Shown: in pieces, positions 29,538 through 40,080 of the stretch
Layout of the letters: each line of letters opens with the position of its first letter
How positions within the stretch are numbered: the first letter of the stretch is position 1
Assembly: GCA_964291495.2 (NCBI GenBank)
Contig: OZ219871.1
Location: 704,001 to 768,000 of the forward strand
Length of the DNA stretch: 64,000 nt
Direction of reading: 5' to 3'
From: Dehalococcoidia bacterium
Lineage (GTDB): Bacteria; Chloroflexota; Dehalococcoidia; UBA2979
Translations under genes and position numbers: made by a program
The notes under the pieces: model-generated
The model's database searches: none
What the model saw: the letters and a program-made list of their open reading frames with translations, nothing else
What the model was told of the DNA's origin: nothing

Positions 29538-30317
29538 CTACCCCTCCGTCAGACCACCGAAGAGGCGGGCGCGCCGCTCCGCCTGGACGAACAGCACCAC
29601 CTCGACAACGGCGACGAGCACCACCAGGCCCACTGCCGGCGCCCAGTTGAGGGCGATCCGGCCGATGTCCTCCTTCCCGTTGATGGACCAGACCAACGCC
29701 TCCATGGCCCAGGCGGTTGGCAGCAGGCGGGCCAGCCACTCCAACCAGTCGGGGAGCAGGGCGACGGGATAGAAGAAGCCGCTCAGCACGACACCCAGAG
29801 GCCTGATCGCATTGAAGAACCCACCCTGCGCGCCCACAAGGAAGCCGAGCGGCGCGAAGATGAACTGGAGGGAGACGACGGCGAGCACGACGAGTGCGAG
29901 CGACAGAGCGAAGCTCGCGGGGCGCTCGATGCCGGCGATCTCCGTCGCAACGAGCAGGGCGGCCGCGAAGGACAGCAGCCCAATCAGCCCGAAGAATGCA
30001 ACGAAGGCGAGCGACTTCCCCAGCATCACGAGCGCGAGCGGCGAACGGGACAGCAGATTCAGTTCGAGCGTGCCCGCCCAGCGCTCGCCGAGGAGGGACC
30101 AGCCGGTCTGAAAGACCGCGACGTTCCAGATGACGACGAACGTCGCGCCGACGGCTATTGCCAGCGAAACGCCCTGCTCCACGCTCGAGCGCGCGATCCA
30201 GGCCGCGGCGACCGCCGTGGGCACCTGGCCGAGGGAGACGAGAAGGACCTGGTAGGGGGTCGCCGTGTCGCGCCACTGCTGCAGGAAGGCTCCCCGGAGT
30301 GCGTACAGATGACCCAT
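29538..30317 (-). CDS. ABC-2 type permease
   Basis: ERWAGTLE, SGFFYP...LP.WL motifs. Confidence 0.87.
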   Translation of the reverse strand: MGHLYALRGAFLQQWRDTATPYQVLLVSLGQVPTAVAAAWIARSSVEQGVSLAIAVGATFVVIWNVAVFQTGWSLLGERWAGTLELNLLSRSPLALVMLGKSLAFVAFFGLIGLLSFAAALLVATEIAGIERPASFALSLALVVLAVVSLQFIFAPLGFLVGAQGGFFNAIRPLGVVLSGFFYPVALLPDWLEWLARLLPTAWAMEALVWSINGKEDIGRIALNWAPAVGLVVLVAVVEVVLFVQAERRARLFGGLTEG

Positions 30318-30483
30318 GACGGCGCTCCTGTCGCCAGTCCAGACTCCGCCGCCGATCTACCGCACTCTACGCACAAGCCCTTGCGCCAGAGACGAGCGAT
30401 GGTGGACCCGTGCAGGTAGAGAGTATGGCCGATGCGACCAGAGCCCGTCGGCACGCCATCGGGGCCCCGTGCCCCGCGGCTGG

Positions 30484-30540
30484 TTGACCTATATATCGTC
30501 TATCGCTACATTGACTGCCGGTACATCGTCAGGCGGCATA
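30484..30540 (+). promoter_or_regulatory. Promoter and probable PadR operators
   Basis: TTGACC-17 bp-TACATT overlapped by imperfect inverted repeat TATATCG-N5-CGCTACA. A second similar site TACATCG-N5-CGGCATA follows. Confidence 0.55.
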
Positions 30541-30598
30541 CTCCATGGCGGTCCTGAACACCGCTGCCGGATCCCGCCGTCAGCCGGGTCAGGTGGGC

Positions 30599-30964
30599 AT
30601 GCCGAACCGAACGCCTTTGGATTTGCTTCCGCTACCGGTATCGCAGTTGCACATCGTGCTCGCGCTGGCTAATGGCGACAGGCACGGCTACGCGATCATG
30701 AAGGAGATCGAAGCGTTTACCGGTGGAACGGTCGTAATGGGCGCAGGGACGCTGTACGGAGCCATCAAGCAGATGTTGAAGACCGGGTTGATCGAAGAGA
30801 GCTCCGAGCGCCCGGACCCCGATCTCGATGACGAGCGCCGGCGCTACTACCGTCTCACGGATCTCGGGCGAGACACGCTCGACGCCGAGGTGATCCGGAT
30901 GGAGCTGCTCACCCACACCGCCAGGACGAGACTGGCGGAGGTCATGCATGCGCGAGGGACCTAA
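30599..30964 (+). CDS. PadR-family transcriptional regulator
   Basis: HGYAI, GTLY, RRRYYRLT..G winged helix. Start could be 30545. Confidence 0.92.
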   Translation: MPNRTPLDLLPLPVSQLHIVLALANGDRHGYAIMKEIEAFTGGTVVMGAGTLYGAIKQMLKTGLIEESSERPDPDLDDERRRYYRLTDLGRDTLDAEVIRMELLTHTARTRLAEVMHARGT

Positions 30965-30966
30965 CC

Positions 30967-32094
30967 ATGTTCTCGGAGCGGGTGTACCGCGCGCTCCTCG
31001 TCGCCTACCCGAGGGAGTTTCGACGCGAGTACGGGGATCTGATGGCCCAGTTCGTACGGGACCGAATGCGCCACGACGGCGGGGGTGTCCGGGGGCTGAC
31101 GATCTGGATGCACGTGCTCTTCGATCTCGCGGCTTCCGCCCTGAGAGAGCACCTGAGGGGAGCTGGCATGGGGCGCAGTAGACCCGTCATCGAGACCGAT
31201 TCACTCACGAAGATCTACGGGGACATCGTCGCCGTCGATGGCCTCTCGATGTCCGTTCCGAGCGGACACGCCTTCGGGTTGCTCGGTCCGAACGGGTCCG
31301 GCAAGACGACCACCATGGGTATGCTGCTCGGTCTCGTGCGGCCCACGTCCGGGAGCTTCAGTCTCTTCGGCTCCTCCGAAGGCCTCGAGGCATCCCTGCG
31401 CCGCGTTGGAGCGATCATCGAGTATCCATCCTTCTACCCCTATCTCACCGGCCGGGAGAACCTCGCCTACTTCCAGGGCATCTTCGGGCGGGGCTCGCCG
31501 GGCGACATCGACGGCCTGCTCGAACGTGTGGGCCTGGCAGACAGCGGAGACTACCGCTTCAGCACGTACTCCCTCGGCATGAAGCAGCGCCTGGGGCTGG
31601 CCTTCGCGCTTCTCGGCGATCCGGAGGTCCTCTTCCTGGACGAGCCGACGAACGGGATGGATCCGGCGGGCATGGCCGAGGTTCGCGAGCTCGTCCGCCA
31701 ACTCTGTGCGGACGGGAGAACCGTGCTGCTGGCCAGCCACCTGTTGAACGAGGTCGAGCAGATGTGCGACAGCGTCCTGATCATGTCCAATGGAACGCTG
31801 ATCACGCAGGGCGACGTCCCGGACATCCTCCGCGCCCGCGATCAGCTCCGGCTCAAGACCACGGACGATGCAAAGGCCGTGTCCACCCTCTCCGCACTGA
31901 AGTGGGTTCGCGACGTGGGGATGGACGGCGACGACGTTGTCGTTTCAGCCCCGAGCGAACGGTCCGCGGAGATCTCCACGGTCCTCGGACGTGCCGGTGT
32001 CTACGTAGTCGAGACGAACTCCGGCCGTGGGGGGCTGGAGCGATACTTCCTCGAGGTCACCGGCGACGAAGCAGAAGGCGTCCGCGAGGCCTGA
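30967..32094 (+). CDS. ABC ATP-binding protein with N-terminal PadR-partner-type extension
   Basis: GPNGSGKTT, YSLGM, LDEPT. First ~67 aa read YRALLVAYPREFRREYG. Confidence 0.88.
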   Translation: MFSERVYRALLVAYPREFRREYGDLMAQFVRDRMRHDGGGVRGLTIWMHVLFDLAASALREHLRGAGMGRSRPVIETDSLTKIYGDIVAVDGLSMSVPSGHAFGLLGPNGSGKTTTMGMLLGLVRPTSGSFSLFGSSEGLEASLRRVGAIIEYPSFYPYLTGRENLAYFQGIFGRGSPGDIDGLLERVGLADSGDYRFSTYSLGMKQRLGLAFALLGDPEVLFLDEPTNGMDPAGMAEVRELVRQLCADGRTVLLASHLLNEVEQMCDSVLIMSNGTLITQGDVPDILRARDQLRLKTTDDAKAVSTLSALKWVRDVGMDGDDVVVSAPSERSAEISTVLGRAGVYVVETNSGRGGLERYFLEVTGDEAEGVREA

Positions 32095-32113
32095 CGTGCG
32101 GGCCTGGAATACG

Positions 32114-33157
32114 ATGTCGACGCCCCAGGTGCTCCGGCTGGCAAGGTGGGAGTGGTTCAAGGTCCGCCGGCTCCGGATGCCCTGGATCCTCCTCGCGATA
32201 GCCGTGCTGATCTCGCAACTGGGCATCTGGGTCAACTATCTCGCGTACCACAACGAGACCGTGCAGGAGATCGTTGGCGGCGGCACCGCCTCGTACAGCG
32301 TGTCATGGGACGAGGAGGGCCGAACGTCCCTGAAGATGACGTGTGCGGATGTCGCGAACGATCGCACTCCATCAGGGTTCTACCAGCTCACCGAGGAGCA
32401 ACGGAGGGACTTCCTGGACGGGGTGGACGCATGGCGCGCCGGTGGGCCGTGTGACAGCTTCCCGTCGCTCCCCGAGCTTCGCAAGGGTTTCACGGCCCCC
32501 AACAGCATCACCGCAAGCATGTCCGGCTTTTCTTCGCTCGGTCCTGTGGCGATAGGCCCACTGCTCATCATGATTCTCGCGGCTTCTCTGGTGGGGACCG
32601 AATACGGCTGGGGCACACTGCGGACGGTCCTCAGTGGCGGCGCCGCGCGCTGGAAGTTCCTCTCCGCGAAACTCCTCTTGCTCGGACTGGTGTGCGCCTG
32701 CGTCCTTGTCGTCATCTCGCTCGTATCGGTTGCGTCCAGCCTCGCGGCCGCACTGATTCCTCCCGGCGAGACAGGCGGACTTCCCGATGCCGGCAGGTGG
32801 TCCGAGGTGGTCGTGATGTTCTTCAAGACCGCTTCGGGGCTCCTGCCACTCGTGGCGCTCAGCGTCCTCGCCACGGTACTCACCGCATCCCGCGGTGTGG
32901 GCATTGCCCTTTCGATCGGGTACACGATGGTTGAGTCGCTTGTCGCGCCGCTTCTCCACCTCAACGACACGCTTGCCGAGGTCGCGGACTACCTGCTGAT
33001 TGAGAGCTTTCGCTCGTGGACGGCCATGCCGGACGCAGGGAGCTCTTCGGACGCGCTGCAGGGCCTGACCCCAATCCTCGCCTACACCGTCCTGCTCGTT
33101 GCCACTGCGCTCTGGGTATTCAGGAGGAGGGACATCGGCGGGGCTATCGGCGACTAG
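32114..33157 (+). CDS. ABC-2 permease with large extracytoplasmic loop
   Basis: EW.K.RR start, GTEYGWGTLRT, KFLSAK, FRRRDI end. Confidence 0.87.
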   Translation: MSTPQVLRLARWEWFKVRRLRMPWILLAIAVLISQLGIWVNYLAYHNETVQEIVGGGTASYSVSWDEEGRTSLKMTCADVANDRTPSGFYQLTEEQRRDFLDGVDAWRAGGPCDSFPSLPELRKGFTAPNSITASMSGFSSLGPVAIGPLLIMILAASLVGTEYGWGTLRTVLSGGAARWKFLSAKLLLLGLVCACVLVVISLVSVASSLAAALIPPGETGGLPDAGRWSEVVVMFFKTASGLLPLVALSVLATVLTASRGVGIALSIGYTMVESLVAPLLHLNDTLAEVADYLLIESFRSWTAMPDAGSSSDALQGLTPILAYTVLLVATALWVFRRRDIGGAIGD

Positions 33158-33367
33158 GCCACACAACCCCTACTTGCACCTCACGATCCCCAGGACCAGG
33201 CCACGCACATCGGCCTCGCTGCTCGGAACGACAAGATCGGGCGCGTGCCGGTGGTGGTGACAGTTGCTCTTGCGAGCGAGGCGCGAGAGGCCCTGTGGCG
33301 GGTGAGTCCCACGAGCTGAACGCTCCCGAGTGAGCGCGGCGCATGGCGCCCGGAGGCCCGGCTGCGC

Positions 33368-35935
33368 CTACCGCCCCTCTGCTGCGAGCTCGCATACGCG
33401 ACGGTGCTCCGGGTCGATCCGGTGGACGGAGCCCAGCTCGACGTACAGCTCGTAGGGCTGCCTTCGAGCCTCGCGCGCGGCCTCACTGCGCCACACCCCC
33501 GTCTCGGCGGTGATCACGCCCTGCCGTCGGAGTTCGGCGATCTCCGCGGCGTCGAGCCCGGCCTCGCGCAGGATCTCGTCGGCGTGCTCATCGACGCTCG
33601 GCGCCCGTGAGCGCACCGCGAACCCCCGTCCGTCGATCTTCGCCGGGAAGCAGCGCTGCATCGGCACCGTCCCGAAGCCCTCGATTTCGATGGGATCGAA
33701 GAAGTGGCGGGCGCGGAGCTGCTCGTCGGCGAGGATCTCGTCCGCCTTGAGGACGGCGCCGGCGGCCACGCCCGCAGTCTGCAGTCGCCGCATGACCTCG
33801 AGCTTCGTGCGCGTGCTCGTCCAGCGTTCCAGCAAGCCATCGATCTCGTCATGGTGGGCCCGGCGCGCGGCGGCGCTGCCAAAGCGCGGGTCACTCGCCC
33901 ACTCCGGATGTCCGCTGGCTTCGCAGCAGGCTCGCCACGCCTCGTCGTCTGCGATTGAGATCGCGACCCAATCGTCGTCTCCACGACAGCGGTAGATTCC
34001 GCGCACCTCGGCGGGCCGGCGGTTGCCTGCTCGCTGCGGCGCTCGCCCGTTCGCTGCAAAGTCGAGCAGCTGCGGGCCGAGCAGCTGCAGCGTCGCCTCC
34101 TGCATCGAGACCTCGATGTACTGTCCCTCCCCCGTGCGCTCGCGATGGATCAGGGCCGCGATGATCGCGCCGGCGACGTGGACCCCGACGAAGGGGTCGA
34201 CCCAGGTGTTGCCGGTCTTGGACGGCGGGCCATCCGCATAGCCGGTTACCGACGAGATGCCGGCGGCCGGCTCCATGCTGACGCCGCTGGCGCCGAGCCG
34301 TGCATCGGGTCCGGACTGTCCGTAGCCGGATACGGACACCAGGATCAGCCGCGGGTACGAGCTCCGCAGCACATCGAAGTCCAGCCCGAGCCTGCTCATG
34401 ACCCCGGGGGTGAAGTTCTCGACGAGTACGTCGGCGCCGGCGAGCAGCCGGTGGAGCGCATCACGCCCCGGCGCGGACGAGAGGTCGAGGGAGATCGCTC
34501 GCTTGCTGGCGTTGCGGGCATGGAAGTAGGGCGAGCGGTTCCAGTACTCGCCGCTCATGTCGTTGGCCGCGGGGAACAGGGTGCGCGCGGTCTCCGGCGG
34601 GTTGGGACGCTCGACCTTGACCACGTCGGCGCCGAGCTCGGAGAGGATGCGGGTCGCCAGCGGACCCACCCAGACGTGGGCGAGCTCCACCACGCGGAGC
34701 GGCTCGAAGAACGACAGCCGCATACCGTTGCCGCGGCTTCGTGTGCGGACTTCCGGCTCCCTGCCGGGGGAGGCGCGGCCTCCGTCCGAAGGCTCCAGGT
34801 CATCGTCGGCGCCGAGCGCCGGCGCCGGCTCCACGCGCAGCGGTGTGGCCGACATGCGCAACGGTGGGCCGACCGAGACCGGTTCGCGGGACGAGGCGCC
34901 GAAGAAGCGCCGCTCACGGAGGTGCTCGTCCGCCAGCAGCTCCGCTACCGAGGGGGCGGGCCACAGGGCGATGCCAAGCGCGCTGCCGCGCCGCACCACG
35001 TCGGCTACCGTATGCGCCTCGAGCCAGGGGCGGAGCAGCGCCTCGAACTCCCTCCAGCGCAGCATCCGCTCTCGCTGGTCGGCGAACAGGGCGGTCGTGG
35101 CGAGCTCCGGCCGCTCGATCAGCTCCGCCAGAGCCACTGCCGGGTCGCCCGCGAAGCGCGGGGTGAACGTCACGTATCCATCGGCGCAGGCCAACACGTC
35201 GGACGGATAGGAGAGAATGACGCGGGAGTAGTGGCGGCGGCGCACGGCGCCCGCCGCGATGTACATCGCCAGGCTGTAGTCGTCGTCGATGGCCAGCGAC
35301 TCGAACGCCGACACGTCCACATGGCGGTGAGCCGCGCCCCGGCTGCGGTCGGCGAGCGCCGCGAGGGCCGCGGTGAAGGCCATGGCGCCCGCGCTGTAGT
35401 CCGCCAGCTCCACGCCGAGGCTGAGCGGCTCCCGATCGGGGTACCCGCTGATGTAGGACATCCCGGCCAGCGCCTCGAGCACTTGCCCGTCCGCCCTGTA
35501 CGGCGCATAGGGGCCCGTCATCCCGAACGGGCTGACCGCGACGTAGAGGGCGTGCGGGAACAGCGCCGCGATCCGATCCGGCTCCCGGAGGGGAAGCCAC
35601 GATGGGGCTCGCCAGTCGGCGAGCAACACGTCGCTTCGTCCTATCCAGTGGTCGGCTCGCTCGGCGTGCCGCTGGCCGGACGGGTCGAACGTCACGCTGC
35701 GCTTGCCGCCGTTGAGGAAGGCATGCTGCGCACCGCGGTCCAGGTCCATGACATCGTCGGGGAACGGTCCGGCCTGGCGGACGCCGTCACCGTCCTCCCG
35801 CTCCAGCCGGACGACGTCCGCGCCGAAGAGAGCGAACAACCGTCCGCAGTAGGCGACCGCGCTGCCGCTGGCCAGCTCGGCCACGCGTATGCCGGCGAGC
35901 GCGGAGCGCGGCGACTGCTCCCGGGCGGCCGTCAT
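33368..35935 (-). CDS. Two-domain fused CoA-transferase family III
   Basis: Two complete CaiB repeats: GADVV..NGGKRS..ADY, then GADVVKVE..NASKR..VDP. Confidence 0.9.
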   Translation of the reverse strand: MTAAREQSPRSALAGIRVAELASGSAVAYCGRLFALFGADVVRLEREDGDGVRQAGPFPDDVMDLDRGAQHAFLNGGKRSVTFDPSGQRHAERADHWIGRSDVLLADWRAPSWLPLREPDRIAALFPHALYVAVSPFGMTGPYAPYRADGQVLEALAGMSYISGYPDREPLSLGVELADYSAGAMAFTAALAALADRSRGAAHRHVDVSAFESLAIDDDYSLAMYIAAGAVRRRHYSRVILSYPSDVLACADGYVTFTPRFAGDPAVALAELIERPELATTALFADQRERMLRWREFEALLRPWLEAHTVADVVRRGSALGIALWPAPSVAELLADEHLRERRFFGASSREPVSVGPPLRMSATPLRVEPAPALGADDDLEPSDGGRASPGREPEVRTRSRGNGMRLSFFEPLRVVELAHVWVGPLATRILSELGADVVKVERPNPPETARTLFPAANDMSGEYWNRSPYFHARNASKRAISLDLSSAPGRDALHRLLAGADVLVENFTPGVMSRLGLDFDVLRSSYPRLILVSVSGYGQSGPDARLGASGVSMEPAAGISSVTGYADGPPSKTGNTWVDPFVGVHVAGAIIAALIHRERTGEGQYIEVSMQEATLQLLGPQLLDFAANGRAPQRAGNRRPAEVRGIYRCRGDDDWVAISIADDEAWRACCEASGHPEWASDPRFGSAAARRAHHDEIDGLLERWTSTRTKLEVMRRLQTAGVAAGAVLKADEILADEQLRARHFFDPIEIEGFGTVPMQRCFPAKIDGRGFAVRSRAPSVDEHADEILREAGLDAAEIAELRRQGVITAETGVWRSEAAREARRQPYELYVELGSVHRIDPEHRRVCELAAEGR

Positions 35936-36189
35936 CGCAAGCCTCCGATCGGATTCGGTCTTGTCACGAGCCTGGAGCTCTGCCGCTCCGGCCCGATGCT
36001 AGCGCGTCATGCGTGCGACGCGGCGGTTCCGAGCGTCACGCCCAACGGAGAGGATCTGCTGAAGGTGTTGACGCTGCCCGTCGTTGAGCATGAGCAGGAT
36101 CCGCTCATGCGCTCGGAGCGTCAGGGCTTATGCTAGGATGACTGCGCCAAATGGATCCTCTGCGACATCACATAAGGAAGGTGTTTAAC

Positions 36190-36870
36190 GTGGGCACAAT
36201 ATCGGTGAATCGGCTGGCGGGTCTGTCCCTCATTTTTGGCCCGGTTATCGCCTTCGTCTTCTTCCTCATCGAACCGGGTGGACTCCTGATCGACAGCGCA
36301 AAGGTATCGGACGCTGTTGGCTCCATCACGGCCAAGAGCTCCAACGAGACGCTGACCAATGTAACCAACATCGCGATCATCCTCGGCCTGGCTCTCATCC
36401 TCTCAGGCCTCTATGCGCTCATGCGGAACGTGACCCTGGAGGGCAACGGCAAGGCGCTCGTTCAAATGGGCTTCTTCATGACCTTCGTCGGGCTGACCGG
36501 TTGGATTCTCTCCGGCGGCATGGACTTCATTCTGGCCGACGCCCAAACCAGCGACGAGATCCGGGGAAGTGTTCCCGTCTACTACGCCGGGTCCGCTCTC
36601 GTTTACGCGGGTGGGATTACGCTCGGGTTTGGCAGCCTCATCTTCGCGTTGGGCCTCTCCACGAGAGACGACTTCAACCAAACAATCTCCCTGTTGGCTG
36701 CCCTTGTCAGCCTGGCCATCATGGTCTTCTTCATCATGGCCATACTCAGCAACGCCGACCGCGACACCTTCATCAGCATGGCCCGAGGCTGCTACGTGCT
36801 GCTGGTCATCTGGTACGGATATCTGGGCCTCGGACTGATGAACCGGCCCGATCCCGATCTCTGGCGATAG
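36190..36870 (+). CDS. Integral membrane protein (DUF4386-like)
   Basis: About 6 TM segments. AAGGAAGG RBS before GTG 36190. Visibly less GC-rich than neighbours. Confidence 0.7.
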   Translation: MGTISVNRLAGLSLIFGPVIAFVFFLIEPGGLLIDSAKVSDAVGSITAKSSNETLTNVTNIAIILGLALILSGLYALMRNVTLEGNGKALVQMGFFMTFVGLTGWILSGGMDFILADAQTSDEIRGSVPVYYAGSALVYAGGITLGFGSLIFALGLSTRDDFNQTISLLAALVSLAIMVFFIMAILSNADRDTFISMARGCYVLLVIWYGYLGLGLMNRPDPDLWR

Positions 36871-36913
36871 ACGGCGTCTAGGATCCGCCGGCGGCCCGTC
36901 CCGCGGTTCGCCC

Positions 36914-39016
36914 TTGCCGTACTCGCGAACCGCGGTGCTGGCCGGTCTCGTCGCCCTGGTCGCGCTGGCGCTGCTCCCCGCGCTGCCCGGCGACCCCGCC
37001 GCACACATCGCGGATGCGCAGGGCGGCGGGGTAACCGTCACCCTCCTCCACAACAATGACGGCGAGTCGGCCCTGCTGCCCCTCACGAACACCGTCGAGG
37101 CAGGCAGCCGCACCGTCGAGGTGCCGGTCGCGGGGATCGCCGCCTACAAGGCCGTGGTCGAGCGGGAGGTGGCCGCTGCGCGCGCGGACGGAAACGCAGT
37201 CCTGGCCGTGTACGCGGGCGATGCGTACCTCTCATCCGCCGCGTTTGTCTGCGGCCAGCGGGAGGGTAGCCCGTTCTTCGATGCGGTCGCCCAGGGCGCC
37301 ATCCCCTACGATGCCCACGTCATCGGCAACCACGAGTTCGACGCGACGCCCGACGTCCTCGAGCGCTTCATTCGCAGCTTCGAGGGCCAGCCCTTCCTGA
37401 GCGCCAACCTCGACTTCTCGGGCGAGCCCGGGTTCGCCGATCTCGTCGACGACGACGGGCTCATCGAGCTGCCCATCGCCGGTGGCCGGGTGGTCGGGCG
37501 CTCGATGGTCCTCGGCGATCCCGTCACCGGCGCACGCTTCGGCCTGGTGGGCGCGACGACCCCGGGCCTGACCAACATCTCCATCCCCCGGAACGTCGCC
37601 GTCACCCCCGATCTGGCCTCGACCGCGGCCGCCGTCCAGTCCGAGATCGATCGCCTGCTCGCGCGGGGCGTCAACAAGATCATCTTTGTCAGCCACCTCC
37701 AGAGCCTCGCGAGCGACGTGGCCATCGTCGCGCTGCTGCGCGGGGTGGACATCGCCGTCTCCGGCGGCGGTCACACCCTGCTCCAGAACACCGGCGTCGA
37801 CGGTTCCGTGCAGCGCCTGCCCGGCGAGCGCGCCCCGGTCGAGGGCGAGTACCCACTGGAAGCCACGGACGCCGACGGCAGGACCGTCTACATGGTGACG
37901 ACCGCGGGCCACTACAGGTATGTCGGTCGCCTCGATGCAGTATTCGACGCTGCGGGCGAGGTCGAGAGCATCGTCGGCGCGTCCAGCTATCCCCGGCCGG
38001 TCGCGCCTGTGAGCGAGGCAGCCACCCTCGCGGGATTCGAGGGCGGCGTCGTCCCCGATCCCACGCTCGTTGCCACCGTTGAGGAGCCGATTGCGGCCTG
38101 CCTTGCCGGTCTCGCGAGCACGACGATCGCGACCACGGAGGTGCTGCTCGATGTGTCGCGCGCCGGCGTGCGCGGGGGCGAGAGCAACGCCGGGAACCTC
38201 ATCGCCGACGCCTTCCTCCATGCCTACGATCGCGCCGCCCGCGGCCTGGGCCTGCCTCAGCGCAGCCCCGACAAACCGGTCATCGCCATCCAGAACAGCG
38301 GCGGCATTCGCCAGAACGCCGGCGACACGCTTCCGACGAGCGGGACGGCCCCCGGCGAGATATTCCTCGTCAATACGCTCGACGTGCTCCCCTTCCCCAA
38401 CGCCGTCTCGGTCGTCGGGAACGTCTCACCTGCCGACCTGAAGGCCGTCTTCGAGATCTCGGGCGAACGCTACCCCGCCCCCAGCGGAGCCTTCCTCCAG
38501 ATCGGCGGGATCGCCGCCGCCTACGACCCCTCCCGCCCCGCCGGGGAACGGGTGGTGAGCCTCACCCTGGCCGGCGGCGCGCCGATCGTCGCGGACGGCG
38601 CGATCGTCGAGGGCGCCCCAGCCGTCGCCGTCGTGACCAGCAGCTTCGTCGCGGATGGAGGTGACGGCTACACGATGCTCGGACGGAACCCCGACAAGCT
38701 GCGCATCGTCGCCAGCTACGAGCAGGCCCTGCGCGAGTACCTGCGCGCCCTCGGGACCGTCCGCGCCGACGACCCTCGCTACGCCCCCGGCGGCGAGGCG
38801 CGCAGCACGTTCGTCGGGGCGTCGCCGGCGGAGGCCGCCCGCGACGCTGAGCGGGACTCCCCTGCCCCGCCCGCCTCGGGTAGCGGACTCGAGCCCGGCG
38901 GGGAGTCGCCGCCGGCGCCCGTGGCTCTCATGCTCCTGATCGTACTGGGCGTGGCGGTCACCCTCGGCGCCGCGTGGACGCGATGCTCCAGCCCTCACGG
39001 AACCCGACGCCACTGA
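36914..39016 (+). CDS. Secreted bifunctional metallophosphatase/5'-nucleotidase with C-terminal anchor
   Basis: Signal peptide, AGD, GNHEFD, R..ESN.GN, NSGGIR, LPF.N, GGDGY. Tail PPASG-TM-basic. Confidence 0.9.
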   Translation: MPYSRTAVLAGLVALVALALLPALPGDPAAHIADAQGGGVTVTLLHNNDGESALLPLTNTVEAGSRTVEVPVAGIAAYKAVVEREVAAARADGNAVLAVYAGDAYLSSAAFVCGQREGSPFFDAVAQGAIPYDAHVIGNHEFDATPDVLERFIRSFEGQPFLSANLDFSGEPGFADLVDDDGLIELPIAGGRVVGRSMVLGDPVTGARFGLVGATTPGLTNISIPRNVAVTPDLASTAAAVQSEIDRLLARGVNKIIFVSHLQSLASDVAIVALLRGVDIAVSGGGHTLLQNTGVDGSVQRLPGERAPVEGEYPLEATDADGRTVYMVTTAGHYRYVGRLDAVFDAAGEVESIVGASSYPRPVAPVSEAATLAGFEGGVVPDPTLVATVEEPIAACLAGLASTTIATTEVLLDVSRAGVRGGESNAGNLIADAFLHAYDRAARGLGLPQRSPDKPVIAIQNSGGIRQNAGDTLPTSGTAPGEIFLVNTLDVLPFPNAVSVVGNVSPADLKAVFEISGERYPAPSGAFLQIGGIAAAYDPSRPAGERVVSLTLAGGAPIVADGAIVEGAPAVAVVTSSFVADGGDGYTMLGRNPDKLRIVASYEQALREYLRALGTVRADDPRYAPGGEARSTFVGASPAEAARDAERDSPAPPASGSGLEPGGESPPAPVALMLLIVLGVAVTLGAAWTRCSSPHGTRRH

Positions 39017-39206
39017 GCACGATCCGGCTCCGGAGTGCAACGTCGTGGCTCCAGGCTGCAGCGAGTCTGACGGCGCGGACACTGCGCGGCTCTTCACGAT
39101 GCGGAACAGCGCGGTCCCTTACCGACGCTGAGTCCTCTGGAGGTGATAACGTGCCGGCGGACGAGTATCAGTGGCGGCGCCGCGGCAGGCATGCAAAGGA
39201 CTCGAA

Positions 39207-40064
39207 GTGCTCACGATCGACTGTCAGGTTCACGCTTACGAACGCGATCACCCCGGGCGACCCTGGGCCGGCACGCTCGTCGGCCCGTCCGAGGTGACCG
39301 GTGACGATATGGTCTCGGCGATGGATGCCGTCGGCGTCGACGGGGCGCTCCTGGTCTCCCCGCACAGAATGTACCGCTTCGACGGGAGCTATGCGCTCGA
39401 AGTGCACGCCCGGCATCCGGGGCGCTTCGGCCTGATCAAGCCCATCGACCCGGAAGCCTCCGATGTCGGCGACGAAGTTGCCCGCTGGGCGGCGAACCCC
39501 GGGGTCGTCGGGGCGCGAATGATGTTGACCCACCTGGATCCGGACGCAACGGCCGATCACCCCGGGCTCAATCAGATCCTGGCCGCGGGAGCGGCCAACG
39601 ACATTCCGATCAACGTGATGTGCTGGCGGAAGCTCGATCTGATCACGGAGCTCGCCCGTCGCCATCCCAACACCCGGGTCGTGATCGACCACCTGGGCAT
39701 CCCCCAGCCCTTCCAGCCGCCGCTACCCGAGCGACCGTTCGCCGACTTGCCCGCCGTCCTCGAGCTGGCGGAGCTCGACAACGTCGCCGTCAAGGTGTCG
39801 GGGGCATGCACGCTGTCGCGGGAGCCGTTTCCCTACGACGACATCTGGGAGCCTCTGGGTCAGATCTTCCGGGCATTCGGGTTCGAGCGGTGCATGTGGG
39901 GCACCGACTGGACCCGTGCGGTCGAGTTCCTGACCTACGAGCAGGGTGTCGAGGCGTTCCGCGTCACCGATCACCTCACGGAGTCAGAACGAGCGGCCCT
40001 CATGGGGGGCAGCCTCGCGCAAATCTACTCGTGGACGCCGGGCGAGGCTGCACGAGACGAGTGA
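39207..40064 (+). CDS. Amidohydrolase_2 family protein
   Basis: IDCQVH, VIDHLG, VKVSG, WGTDW. Confidence 0.88.
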   Translation: MLTIDCQVHAYERDHPGRPWAGTLVGPSEVTGDDMVSAMDAVGVDGALLVSPHRMYRFDGSYALEVHARHPGRFGLIKPIDPEASDVGDEVARWAANPGVVGARMMLTHLDPDATADHPGLNQILAAGAANDIPINVMCWRKLDLITELARRHPNTRVVIDHLGIPQPFQPPLPERPFADLPAVLELAELDNVAVKVSGACTLSREPFPYDDIWEPLGQIFRAFGFERCMWGTDWTRAVEFLTYEQGVEAFRVTDHLTESERAALMGGSLAQIYSWTPGEAARDE

Positions 40065-40080
40065 TGTTCGCGCCTGACGC

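Noticed and set aside
33158-33367. Intergenic gap as possible ncRNA or mobile-element remnant
   Set aside because: No recognisable RNA family motif or repeat could be supported by eye.
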